39,868 bases of DNA from Nemertoderma westbladi (GCA_032718475.1 JAUCBJ010007235.1:1-39868); one strand, 5' to 3'; shown: positions 11,830-21,648, counted from the stretch's first letter. Notes: generated by a model from the sequence alone, not told the origin. A program made the numbers and translations.

Positions 11830-13131
11830 ATGGTAGCAAGAACAACGAGACCCTCGGACGAAAACAGGTCGTGTGACACAGATATATGGAGGGGGCCGCT
11901 ACCCCCGATGACGTACCCAAGCCAGAGAAAATCAAGAAATAGGACAGACGGAACGCACCAGGCAGGGGAAACTATACAGAACCCGTCGAATCCATTGGAA
12001 GCGCAGGCGATAGGGATGGCCACGTTGATCGATGCTTTGAAAACGAGGATCGAGTTACCACCCGTGGAACCATTCAAGTTCGATGGGAGTAGGCCGGAAG
12101 AATATTTACAGTTTCGGCGAATGTATAGTAACGAAATACTAACAAAAAACTTGACGCAGGCGGAGTGCCTAAAGTATCTACAAGTGTACACGGGAGGCCC
12201 AGCATACGACATCGTGAGGCAATATCAGGGAATAGAGGGCGGCTTCACGACAGCATGGCGGGCACTGGATAGGGAATACGGGCACCCGGCCAAGATCATC
12301 AGGCAGACGCTGAGAGGCATAACATCGGGTGGCCTACAGGATAACCCCGTTAGCATTAAGACGTTTGCAAACAAAGTCGAGAAGGCGCTGATCGTGCTGA
12401 AGACGCTAGACGCGCCATACGAGCTCAACGCGTCCAATAACATCACCACGATAGCGCAGGCACTACCGAACTGGCTGCGCAACAAGTGGAGGAAGATCGC
12501 TTTCTCCACTCGAGACAAGAAGGGTGCGGAACCGGGTTTAGAAGAAATGTCAAACTTCTTAAATTACGAGGCTGAACTAATAACGGACCCAGTCTATAGT
12601 GAAGATAGCCTGGGAAAGGGACCAAAGACGGATCACTACAGGCCGAAACCAGAGCACAATACATCAAACGCATTGCCGAGGCTCAGGCAATCATTGCCAT
12701 ACGCAGCGACGCAGGGGACTGCAAGTCCACAGGCAAACGAAGATAAGACAACATCATGGAACGGACAGGGGAACAATAACAACATGAATAAACATAACCC
12801 CAGTACGTCCAGTTGGCCAAATCCAGTCAATAAGAATAGTAGGGACTTTGGTACGAATATAACTGCGATACGCAATGCATTGTATAAAGAGGGCTACGAC
12901 CCAAAGAGCAAATGCCAGTTACACGCAAATGCGCTTCATAAAACCATGAACTGCAGGTACTGGCAGGCGCTACCGAGGCAAGACCAGATAGATTACGCGT
13001 CGAGCAATAAAATCTGCTCGCGATGTGTGAAGAGTGGACACAAGGCCAGGGAATGCCAAGAGAAGCCGGTCAAGTTTGGCCAAAGGAGAGGCCAAACGAT
13101 GGCAACGAGCACGGTAGGGGCGAAGAAGTGA
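11830..13131 (+). CDS. gag: BEL/Pao Gag core (DUF1759-like) with zinc knuckles
   Basis: FKFDGSRPEEYLQFRRMY, YLQVYTGGPA, AWRALDREYG; knuckles CQLHANALHKTMNC and CSRCVKSGHKAREC; ends at TGA 13129-13131 in frame with pol. Confidence 0.9.
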   Translation: MVARTTRPSDENRSCDTDIWRGPLPPMTYPSQRKSRNRTDGTHQAGETIQNPSNPLEAQAIGMATLIDALKTRIELPPVEPFKFDGSRPEEYLQFRRMYSNEILTKNLTQAECLKYLQVYTGGPAYDIVRQYQGIEGGFTTAWRALDREYGHPAKIIRQTLRGITSGGLQDNPVSIKTFANKVEKALIVLKTLDAPYELNASNNITTIAQALPNWLRNKWRKIAFSTRDKKGAEPGLEEMSNFLNYEAELITDPVYSEDSLGKGPKTDHYRPKPEHNTSNALPRLRQSLPYAATQGTASPQANEDKTTSWNGQGNNNNMNKHNPSTSSWPNPVNKNSRDFGTNITAIRNALYKEGYDPKSKCQLHANALHKTMNCRYWQALPRQDQIDYASSNKICSRCVKSGHKARECQEKPVKFGQRRGQTMATSTVGAKK

Positions 13132-15738
13132 GGCACGGTGTTACTTGGAGTAGTACCGGTGCGAGTGATCGGGGAAGGCAATCGATCAGTAACAACACTA
13201 ATGCTGGTTGATAGTGGAGCTGCCTTCACATTAGTCGAGGAATGGGTAGCCGAAGAAATAGGATTGAGAACAAGGCCAAGCAGAATGGCGGTAACAACCA
13301 TCTCTAGCAAAGATGAGATCCTAGAGATGAGGACAGGATGGTGCGCAATTGCAGCAGTGGCACCAGGATGCGATTATGGGGCAACCATCGACCCCATCCA
13401 AGTAATAGAGTCAATTAACATCAATGCCAGGCGGCCAACCAACATCGAGGTCGAGCAATACAAATTCCTGGACGACATTGACTTCTCGATCCCAGACGTG
13501 GACATTAGGAAGGTATCCATCATAGTAGGAATGGACTGCCCGACGGCCCACGAAAGAATGCAAACGGTCTTCGGCGAAGACAAGCAGAGTGACCCGGTGG
13601 CCATATTAACGCCATTCGGGTGGACGCTGAGTGGTCCAATTAAGAGCAAGATACCATTCAGGATGTCGGAGACATCAGGATGCATGTTCGCGGGAACAAT
13701 GCAGGAAATGGGTGATGAGGGAGCAGAGGAGCAGCTTAAAAGATTGCTCAGACAAGACTTTGAGGGACTGAAAGAGACTGGGGTCGGGACCTCGGTAGAA
13801 GACAAGCAGGCTCTACAAAGCGTGGAGGAATCGATGACGTGTGATGAGGGGCGGTATACAATAGGAATGGTATGGAAACTACCGAAGATACCGCTACCCG
13901 ACAATAGAGGGATGGTACTCACGAGACTCCGCAAGCTGAAACAAACACTAAAACGGAGCCCCGAGAAGAACGAGTACATTCACAAAACGATTAAGAAGTA
14001 CATCGAGAAGGGATGGGCCGTGGAGTTACCGGTCGACGAGCCGAACACGGACAGGACATACTACCTGCCACTCCACGTAGCTTTAGACCCAAAGAAAGGT
14101 AAACTTAGGATGGTAGTCGATGCATCGGCAAAGACCGACGGAAAGTGCTTAAACGACTACCTACTAGAGGGCCCAAACATATACAATTCGGGCATAGAAG
14201 TACTACTTAGATTTAGGAATGGGAAACACGCCTTCACGTGTGACATAGAAGGCATGTTCAACCAAGTCCGTGTAACAGAGGAAGACAGCGACAGTCAACG
14301 CTTCTTATGGTATAACGGCGAGGAAGAACCGCCTATAATACCGGCATATAAGATGGTAGTACAAAACATGGGGGCCAAGTCGTCCTCATTTACGACGACT
14401 ATGGCAGTGAGAGACACGGTGAAGGGGAAGGAAGATAGATACAGCAGTAGGGCCGTCGATATGATCCGACGCGGCTTCTATGTAGACGACGGTATGGAGT
14501 CTGGAAATACGGTTGAGGAGATACTGGAAACAGGACGCGAGGTTCGCGACATCCTGAAAGGATCCGGCTTCAACCTGACCAAATTCCAATCCAGTTCAGA
14601 AGAATTTATCAAGGCAATAGAGGACAAGAAACCAGAATCGACCATGGACAACCCTACAACAGCCAAAGGACAGGACATGGCGAATAAGAGAACACAATCT
14701 CAGCAAAAGGCACTGGGAATCGTGTGGGATAGAGGAACAGACGAACTGAAGTATCAGCTGAGCCAGGAGGGCGCAGACACCCATACGAAGAGGGGTTATG
14801 TATCGTATATAGCAAGGATATACGATCCCCTAGGCCTAGCATCCCCATTACTAGTCACGGGGAAACAGATACTCAAGAGAGTATATAAATTGAAGGATGA
14901 GTGGGACGTAGAGGTACCAGAGGACATCAAGAAACAGTGGAGCAAATGGACAGGAGACTTGGAAAGGATGGGAACATACAACATGCCGCGAGTGTATTTC
15001 CCGGACGGGAACATGACGAATCTGGACCTACATATGTTCTCCGACGCGTCGTTAGAGGCATACGGAGCGGCACTCTATTTAGTACAACGAGAGGGGGCTC
15101 ACAAGCCCAGACTAGCCTTTAGCAAAGCTAAGTCAACGCCGCCAGATTCAGCATCTGTTCCCAAGTTAGAATTGACAGCTGCGAGACTAGGAGTTAGAGC
15201 CACAGCCTACCTAGTGGATACTATTCCCAACATAGTGGAGACACACTACTGGACGGACTCCATGGTAGTGCTTGGTTGGCTACACAACGAAAGGACGAGA
15301 TACCCGATATTCGTCGCAAATAGAGTGGACGAAATAAGAGCAACCACAGAACTGGAAAGGTGGCACTACTGCCCAACAGATGAGAACCCAGCGGACTTGC
15401 TGTCGAGGGGCGTGGAACGCCACACTTTCTTAAAGAAGGAAGTATTGTGGCAACATGGGCCACAATTTCTGAGCGATAAGGAGGCCTGGCCACCAATGAG
15501 AAAGGTGGAGCCGGGCTCAGAAGTGGTGTCAGAGGGAGAAGAGGGAGACTCAGAGGGAGAAGAGATATACTCCCAGATGGTGAGGGAGATTAGGGACGTG
15601 CAACCAAAGCAAGAACTACGCGATAACCCGACGGACAAACTCCTCAGCTACAGTTCCAGTTGGTACAAGACCAAGAAATTAGTGGCGTACTGGAGAGCTT
15701 TCGGGAATTTCCTCGCGGGAGTTAATAAGGAGAAGTAA
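13132..15738 (+). CDS. pol: Pol: aspartic protease, reverse transcriptase, RNase H
   Basis: LVDSGA (D at 13210), TPFGWTLSG, KLRMVVDAS, DIEGMFNQV, YVDD (14479-14490), YDPLGL, FSDASLEAYG, PKLELTAA, WTDS, NPADLLSRG. Confidence 0.95.
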   Translation, partial: GTVLLGVVPVRVIGEGNRSVTTLMLVDSGAAFTLVEEWVAEEIGLRTRPSRMAVTTISSKDEILEMRTGWCAIAAVAPGCDYGATIDPIQVIESININARRPTNIEVEQYKFLDDIDFSIPDVDIRKVSIIVGMDCPTAHERMQTVFGEDKQSDPVAILTPFGWTLSGPIKSKIPFRMSETSGCMFAGTMQEMGDEGAEEQLKRLLRQDFEGLKETGVGTSVEDKQALQSVEESMTCDEGRYTIGMVWKLPKIPLPDNRGMVLTRLRKLKQTLKRSPEKNEYIHKTIKKYIEKGWAVELPVDEPNTDRTYYLPLHVALDPKKGKLRMVVDASAKTDGKCLNDYLLEGPNIYNSGIEVLLRFRNGKHAFTCDIEGMFNQVRVTEEDSDSQRFLWYNGEEEPPIIPAYKMVVQNMGAKSSSFTTTMAVRDTVKGKEDRYSSRAVDMIRRGFYVDDGMESGNTVEEILETGREVRDILKGSGFNLTKFQSSSEEFIKAIEDKKPESTMDNPTTAKGQDMANKRTQSQQKALGIVWDRGTDELKYQLSQEGADTHTKRGYVSYIARIYDPLGLASPLLVTGKQILKRVYKLKDEWDVEVPEDIKKQWSKWTGDLERMGTYNMPRVYFPDGNMTNLDLHMFSDASLEAYGAALYLVQREGAHKPRLAFSKAKSTPPDSASVPKLELTAARLGVRATAYLVDTIPNIVETHYWTDSMVVLGWLHNERTRYPIFVANRVDEIRATTELERWHYCPTDENPADLLSRGVERHTFLKKEVLWQHGPQFLSDKEAWPPMRKVEPGSEVVSEGEEGDSEGEEIYSQMVREIRDVQPKQELRDNPTDKLLSYSSSWYKTKKLVAYWRAFGNFLAGVNKEK

Positions 15739-17118
15739 ACCAGGGAAACCATAGATCTGGAAGGAGCGGCCAAGGCAATAATCCGCCATGAACAACGGAA
15801 AAACTACGGCGACGAGGTGGAACGTGTCGGTAACCAACAGCACCTCCGACGGGACAGCGAGCTGATTACGCTGTCGCCACAACTCAATGACGACGGGATT
15901 CTAGTAATGAATTCTAGGGTGGGATACAACAACAGCATAGTCGTACCACCGAAACCCATCATCATTCCTACAGGATCGCCAATAGTCCACCAGATTATAT
16001 GGGACTACCACAAATCGATATTGCATGGGGGCACCAACCGAACCCTCACAGAGATAAGGAGGACCTATTGGGTCAAACAACTAAGGAAGAAGGTTAAAGC
16101 GGTAGTGGGGCAGTGCCAGACCTGCCGACGAGCGAAGAAGGAACGAGCCGTACAGGAGATGGCGCCACTACCGGCGAGTAGGGTAAGACAGCACGACCCG
16201 CCATTTACGCATTGCGGTGTGGACATGTTCGGGCCGATAATGATCAAGGTGATGCGACACACGGAGAAACGCTACGGTATTATCTTCGTATGCAACAATA
16301 CGCGGGCGGTAGGGATAGAACTCGCCCAAGATGCAACCGCATCAGCATTCATTAACGCCTTAGAAAGGTTTAGGGACCGCAAAGGTGGGACGATCGCAGT
16401 GATATACAGCGACAACGGCACCAACTTTGTGGGCGCAGAGAGTGAGATGGCAGAGGCCTTGGACATCTTGGAGGGAGAAGAAGTCAGGGCAGCAATGAGG
16501 AGACGACAAGTAAAGTGGGAGAGACGGACGCCGTATGCACCACATACACTAGGATGCGTCGAGAGACTGGTGGGCAGTTCAAAGCGTCTAATGACGAAAC
16601 TAATGAACACCCACATGGTCACTGAGGATGTTTTACGGACAGTACTTGCGAAGTGCGAGGGGATCATTAATAGCAGACCGCTATATCCGGAGAATGATGA
16701 CCCTGAGTCATTAGACGTGTTGATGCCTAGCCATTTTCTGATGGAAAGGCCAGCGACCATCGATATGCGGGGTGTAGACCCAGATGACATACACTCCCGC
16801 CAAAGTTGGAAAGTCGCTAAAGCAATAAGCGCAGAGTATTGGAGGAGGTGGGTAGAAGAATACCTACCCACGCTCCATAAGCGAAGCAAGTGGAGGAAAC
16901 CGAATCGGGAGTTAAAAGTAGGAGATCTCGTAATCGTTACGGATGATACTATCATCAACAACCAGTGGCGGTTGGCGAGAGTTGTACGCACTTACTCCGA
17001 TGAGGACGGAAGAGTCCGATCGGTAGAAGTTCGAATAGGTGGGAAGATAGGTGCGAAGGACAGAAAAACCTACAGGAGAGCGGTAGGCAAATGCTGTCTC
17101 CTAGAAGGGGCACCTTAG
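15739..17118 (+). CDS. pol: Pol continuation: integrase (HHCC, DDE core, DUF5641-like C-terminus), in frame after the TAA at 15736-15738
   Basis: H..ILHGG...CQTC, DMFGP, SDNGTNF, VERL, INSRPL, WRRWVEEYL..L..RSKW, DGRVRSVEV. Confidence 0.93.
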   Translation, partial: TRETIDLEGAAKAIIRHEQRKNYGDEVERVGNQQHLRRDSELITLSPQLNDDGILVMNSRVGYNNSIVVPPKPIIIPTGSPIVHQIIWDYHKSILHGGTNRTLTEIRRTYWVKQLRKKVKAVVGQCQTCRRAKKERAVQEMAPLPASRVRQHDPPFTHCGVDMFGPIMIKVMRHTEKRYGIIFVCNNTRAVGIELAQDATASAFINALERFRDRKGGTIAVIYSDNGTNFVGAESEMAEALDILEGEEVRAAMRRRQVKWERRTPYAPHTLGCVERLVGSSKRLMTKLMNTHMVTEDVLRTVLAKCEGIINSRPLYPENDDPESLDVLMPSHFLMERPATIDMRGVDPDDIHSRQSWKVAKAISAEYWRRWVEEYLPTLHKRSKWRKPNRELKVGDLVIVTDDTIINNQWRLARVVRTYSDEDGRVRSVEVRIGGKIGAKDRKTYRRAVGKCCLLEGAP

Positions 17119-17254
17119 AGTGGAGTTAGAGTGGAGTTTAGTCATCCAAGTTTTGGACTGAGGGGGGTGGGATTGAGGGCGAGACGCCCTTCCCACAAAC
17201 AAAATAATAAAAAATAAAATAAAAATAGTACATAATAGGTACGCAGTTAGTTAG

Positions 17255-17902
17255 TAGGTACGTAGTGCCTAGAGTTAGTTAGTTAGTAGGTACGTAGTAC
17301 CTAGAGTTAGAGAGTTAGTAGGTACGTAGTACCTAGAGTTAGTTAGTTAGTAGGTACGTAGTGCCTAGAGTTAGAGAGTTAGTAGGTACGTAGTACCTAG
17401 AGTTAGTTAGTTAGTAGGTACGTAGTGCCTAGAGTTAGTTAGTTAGTAGGTACGTAGTACCTAGAGTTAGTTAGTTAGTAGGTACGTAGTGCCTAGAGTT
17501 AGTTAGTTAGTAGGTACGTAGTACCTAGAGTTAGAGAGTTAGTAGGTACGTAGTACCTAGAGTTAGTTAGTTAGTAGGTACGTAGTGCCTAGAGTTAGAG
17601 AGTTAGTAGGTACGTAGTACCTAGAGTTAGTTAGTTAGTAGGTACGTAGTACCGTTAGTTAGAGTTAGAGTTAGAGGGTACGTAGTACCGTTAGTTAGAG
17701 TTAGAGTTAGAGGGTACGTAGTACCGTTAGTTAGAGTTAGAGTTAGAGGGTACGTAGTACCGTTAGTTAGAGTTAGAGTTAGAGGGTACGTAGTACCGTT
17801 AGTTAGAGTTAGAGTTAGAGGGTACGTAGTACCGTTAGTTAGAGTTAGAGGGTACGTAGTACCGTTAGTTAGAGTTAGAGGGTACGTAGTACCATTAGTT
17901 AG
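17255..17902 (+). repeat. Internal tandem array of 20 mini-hairpin units (12 x 32 bp, 5 x 36 bp, 2 x 30 bp, 1 partial)
   Basis: Units TAGGTAC-GTA-GT(A/G)CCTA-GAG-(TTAG)n, then GGTAC-GTA-GTACC-(GTTAG/AG)n. Confidence 0.95.
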
Positions 17903-18388
17903 AAGAGAGAGAGTAAGAGGTAAAAGGGGTAAATAGGATATAGATATTAGTTAGCAGTAAGTAGAGTTAGTAGCAAGAGGGGGGCATATGAGTACAGCTG
18001 GGTAAATCGTGTGGCCACACGACGTATACTGCTGTACTGCATAGGCCCACAAAGTAGGCCAGAATATGGATTAGAGAATAGAATAATCCATAGGCAGTAA
18101 TAGGTAGTAGGACAGTAGAATTAAAATAAATAGAATAGGGCTGAAAGTTAGAAAATAGTGGCAACACAAGGGAAGTCTTTCTAGAACATAATAAAAGTAA
18201 CGGACAGAAATTGTAAATTAGGCTCATTTACTAGCTTCAAAATTAATTAGGTTAAATTTAGGCTAAAAGGCGCAATTAAGTAGAAAGTAGGCCATTATCG
18301 AACCGTACGAAACATCTTAATACATCACTCATCTGTATTGCGCCTTGGTAAGGCACCACCCTGCAGGTGAGCGAGTGTAGTGTTCGGA

Positions 18389-20938
18389 ATGGCGAGTAAG
18401 TTGATCAGGAAGAGGAAGGCGGAGTCAGGAGGAAAAGAAATACTGGTGGATTTCACCGAAAGACACCCGGAAGAGAAGACGAGAGGATACTACGAGAAGT
18501 TGGAAAGGGGTCACGCGGCACGAGCGCTGCAGGACCACTTCCGGGAGATGCACGAGCAGCGGCTGGTCGGGACCTACGGAACGCCGTCGCTGGACAACGC
18601 GATCTTCCAACACTTCCACTACGTGGTGAAAGGGGACGAGGCGAAGTTCGGGATTCCGAAGTATCCGAGGGAATCACCGAGGAAGGACTGGAAGAGTTTC
18701 ATAGAGTCCGTCAACAGGGGAGGATATATGATCCTAGATGACGAGGGAACCGTGGAAGACGAAGCGGGTTCAAGACGAGGAACGGCAGGGTCGGCCAGGA
18801 CCATACTCCTACATTTGGCCGTGCCAAATGGGGACATCTTCTTATTCGACCTAGGGACGTATGGGAAGAAGGACGGGCCGAAATTAGACCGGTTACCGAA
18901 AGCGGTACAAGTCTTGGTAAGAGAGAAGTCGACGACGAAAGTGGGATCGGCGATTCGCGAGGATGCGGAAAGGATCATCGGTCCGGACGCCACCAACCTC
19001 CTGGATATGCAGAAGGTCTTTATGGCTATGACGGCACCGGATGGGTTGGGGCTAGTCGAAAACACAGGTCTATGCGGGGCAGTGGCAATGGGCCAACTAT
19101 TGGGGCTCGTATGTCACAAACCGATGGACTGGGGGAAGTTTAGGGAAGAATACGGAGCAGAACTAGCGAACTCGCTAAAATGGGGAGCGAGACCGGGAAA
19201 GCAGGAGGTATATCAATTTCGCAGAGGAGCGATAAAGGTATATCAGAAGCGATATATCTTGCAGGAAGACTGGATTATGATAAGTTTGCTTAACTTATTT
19301 ATGACCGTAGTCATCGAGAGGGAACCAGGAGCATTTCTGTTATCGGGATCACCCCTAAGCTGCAGGAGAGCCTTTAAAGTGGCCTTTGACGGTCTGGTAG
19401 ACCACCCGGGGCTGAAGGGCGAGTCGGTGTACTACAACAGCCGACATCTGGTAGACGGGGAGACAGATACACCGTATCAGAGATGGGAGCAGCTAGAGGC
19501 GGACAGACGAGAAGCAAAGCGACTGGAAGAAGTCGCTAGACGGGAGAGGATAGAAGCAGAGGAGAGGGAAGAGGAGGCCAGGGCACAGAGTTACGGCTTC
19601 GAGGAACAGGCGGGCCTAGACGAACTTCATTGGACTTCGTCAGGGAGTTCGGGGGAGTCTCTAGGGCGAGAATTGGGATGGACGGTGGGATCGCCGAAAC
19701 AGTCGACGTCGGGGTTGCAAACGATGCCCATACCAGCGGGCGCCGAGGGCGACCAACCGCCCAGGAAGCTAAGGGAGCTAGAGGGATGGAGAGCTACGGG
19801 CGAGAGCCAAGGCGGGAAGGGACATAGTGGATCCATCGGGATACCGGGATTGGAGACACTACCAGAAGAGGAGGACGACGACAACGAGTTCGGAGAGATG
19901 CCGCCAATCGAGAGAATAGGCCACTCGGACACGGACTGGGTTGGTGGAAGGGTGGTGACGGCCAGTGGGGCGAGGGCCTTCTGGAACAGATCCGGCAAGC
20001 GGACCTGGGTGCACAAGGAGCCGGCGATGGATTTCGCGGGGAGCACCATCAGGTTGGGCGAGCAACCGGGGACGGCACCACGGATAGTATTCGGGGAGAC
20101 GATGCTTGAGAGGGGCGGAGAGATCGACGTAAACAGGGAGACCAACGTAGAGAAGTTCGCCTACCAGCGACTCCACAGACCGCGGAGATCGCTTGGGACG
20201 AAAGACGAGGTGGGACGGGAGACATTGGTACTCGGCTGCGACTACTGTGGGAGACAGACCCATCGGGAAAGCAGCTGCCTATACCGGTTCCAAAAGGGAA
20301 CCTTTTGTCTCTACTGCAGAGAACCAAGCCACAGGATGGGGGCGTGTCCACGGTTGCATAACCGATGTCCAAAGTGCCACTTTCGGGGACACTACGGGCG
20401 CGAGTGCGACTGGATGAGCGACGAGGAGAAGTTCACGAGATTCGAGGAGTGGGCCGACGTCGGGGCCATGACGCGCCAGCGCATGAAGGCCCAAGAGTTC
20501 AAGTGGGGTTTCTTCCTTATAAACCAGGAGACCCACATGGAAATCATAAAGCGAAGGTTACCGTTTACCTATCAAGAGGTAGCAACGGCGGCGTCGTACG
20601 CTGGAGTGATGAACACGCAAAGGTATCTGGACAGGTGGACGCCAGAGAACCGAAGGGAGTTTAGGGATTTCTTGGCGGAGCACGTACCAAAGGCAATGAA
20701 AATGATCCTATGGGACGCCACTAGAGGGAGACAACCGGGCCATTCTGAGGGGCCACCGGCGAAGCGATATTGGGCACTAATAACACCAGCGCCCAAGGAG
20801 CCAACGACCGGGATTAGCAAGGAAGTGGCGGCGAAGGTCCGAAAGCAGAAAGCGGATGATGCCAGAGGAACAGTGATAACCAAGAAACGGCCCAGGGAAG
20901 AGGACGCCAGGGGGAACAACCCCCGGAGGAACAGATAG
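18389..20938 (+). CDS. Retrotransposon ORF3: DEDDy-like 3'-5' exonuclease domain, charged/disordered linker, three CCHC zinc knuckles (~849 aa from first ATG)
   Basis: Uninterrupted ORF inside the LTRs; ExoI ILDDEG (18731-18748), LLHLAV..GDIFLFDL, ExoII KVGSAIRED (18938-18964), NLLDMQ, LG..CHK..DW, ExoIII-like QKRYILQED (19244-19270); CX2CX4HX4C x3 at 20237-20407. Confidence 0.8.
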   Translation: MASKLIRKRKAESGGKEILVDFTERHPEEKTRGYYEKLERGHAARALQDHFREMHEQRLVGTYGTPSLDNAIFQHFHYVVKGDEAKFGIPKYPRESPRKDWKSFIESVNRGGYMILDDEGTVEDEAGSRRGTAGSARTILLHLAVPNGDIFLFDLGTYGKKDGPKLDRLPKAVQVLVREKSTTKVGSAIREDAERIIGPDATNLLDMQKVFMAMTAPDGLGLVENTGLCGAVAMGQLLGLVCHKPMDWGKFREEYGAELANSLKWGARPGKQEVYQFRRGAIKVYQKRYILQEDWIMISLLNLFMTVVIEREPGAFLLSGSPLSCRRAFKVAFDGLVDHPGLKGESVYYNSRHLVDGETDTPYQRWEQLEADRREAKRLEEVARRERIEAEEREEEARAQSYGFEEQAGLDELHWTSSGSSGESLGRELGWTVGSPKQSTSGLQTMPIPAGAEGDQPPRKLRELEGWRATGESQGGKGHSGSIGIPGLETLPEEEDDDNEFGEMPPIERIGHSDTDWVGGRVVTASGARAFWNRSGKRTWVHKEPAMDFAGSTIRLGEQPGTAPRIVFGETMLERGGEIDVNRETNVEKFAYQRLHRPRRSLGTKDEVGRETLVLGCDYCGRQTHRESSCLYRFQKGTFCLYCREPSHRMGACPRLHNRCPKCHFRGHYGRECDWMSDEEKFTRFEEWADVGAMTRQRMKAQEFKWGFFLINQETHMEIIKRRLPFTYQEVATAASYAGVMNTQRYLDRWTPENRREFRDFLAEHVPKAMKMILWDATRGRQPGHSEGPPAKRYWALITPAPKEPTTGISKEVAAKVRKQKADDARGTVITKKRPREEDARGNNPRRNR

Positions 20939-21639
20939 GTTCCCAGAGTCGAGGGAGAGAGACTGGAACTTAGACGTGGTACGCCTGGCAGGCGCCGCGC
21001 GGGATGTACGAACTATTAAGTACAAATTCAATTAATGCAAATAATCATATAAGTGCAATTTGTATGTACATACGTAGTAATTAGTAATCTAGTAAAATAC
21101 ATACGTTTGGAGTAAGTACTATAGTCATACAACCTTTCTCAATTAGCTACTGGGACTGGGGGATAACTGACTATGGCACTATGGACGAGACAACTGACAA
21201 TTTCACGCTTCTTGAGTGCGACGGCACGAGAGGGGGGGGAGGTTCGTCAGGAGAGATAAAATAGTCAAAGTGGAGTTGAGGATCGGAGTAAGAGTGCGAA
21301 GTGCGGAGAGAGTGCGAACGCAATTCTAGTGTGGGGGGGGAGAATAAGAGGCTGAGTGAGGGACGAGGAGGTCCGGGGGTATGAGAGAGTTAGGGTGAGA
21401 GTAGAGGGGAGATAGGGCGAAAGTGTTGGGGAAACAAAAATCGCGTGAAGAGGTGAGCGCGATCGGCCCGACATGAGACGCCAGGCACAGGGTAGCGTTA
21501 TCATACCCATAAGGGGCGGCCTGGAAAGCCGGCTCCTAGAGAAAAGAATTCCACCCCACACCCGATACTAGATCGGGATCCAGCGGGATTGTAACGCACT
21601 TTTTTGGTTGATGCTATCTTCTTACCGGGAAGATAGCAT

Positions 21640-21648
21640 GGGGGGGAG
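21640..21648 (+). promoter_or_regulatory. Polypurine tract (plus-strand primer)
   Basis: GGGGGGGAG directly abutting the TG of the 3' LTR. Confidence 0.9.

Noticed and set aside
17255-17902. CRISPR-like appearance (palindromic ~32-36-bp repeats)
   Set aside because: No unique spacers, no cas genes, eukaryotic retrotransposon context.
18389-20938. ORF3 as an envelope gene
   Set aside because: No signal peptide, no C-terminal transmembrane anchor; exonuclease motifs and zinc knuckles instead.
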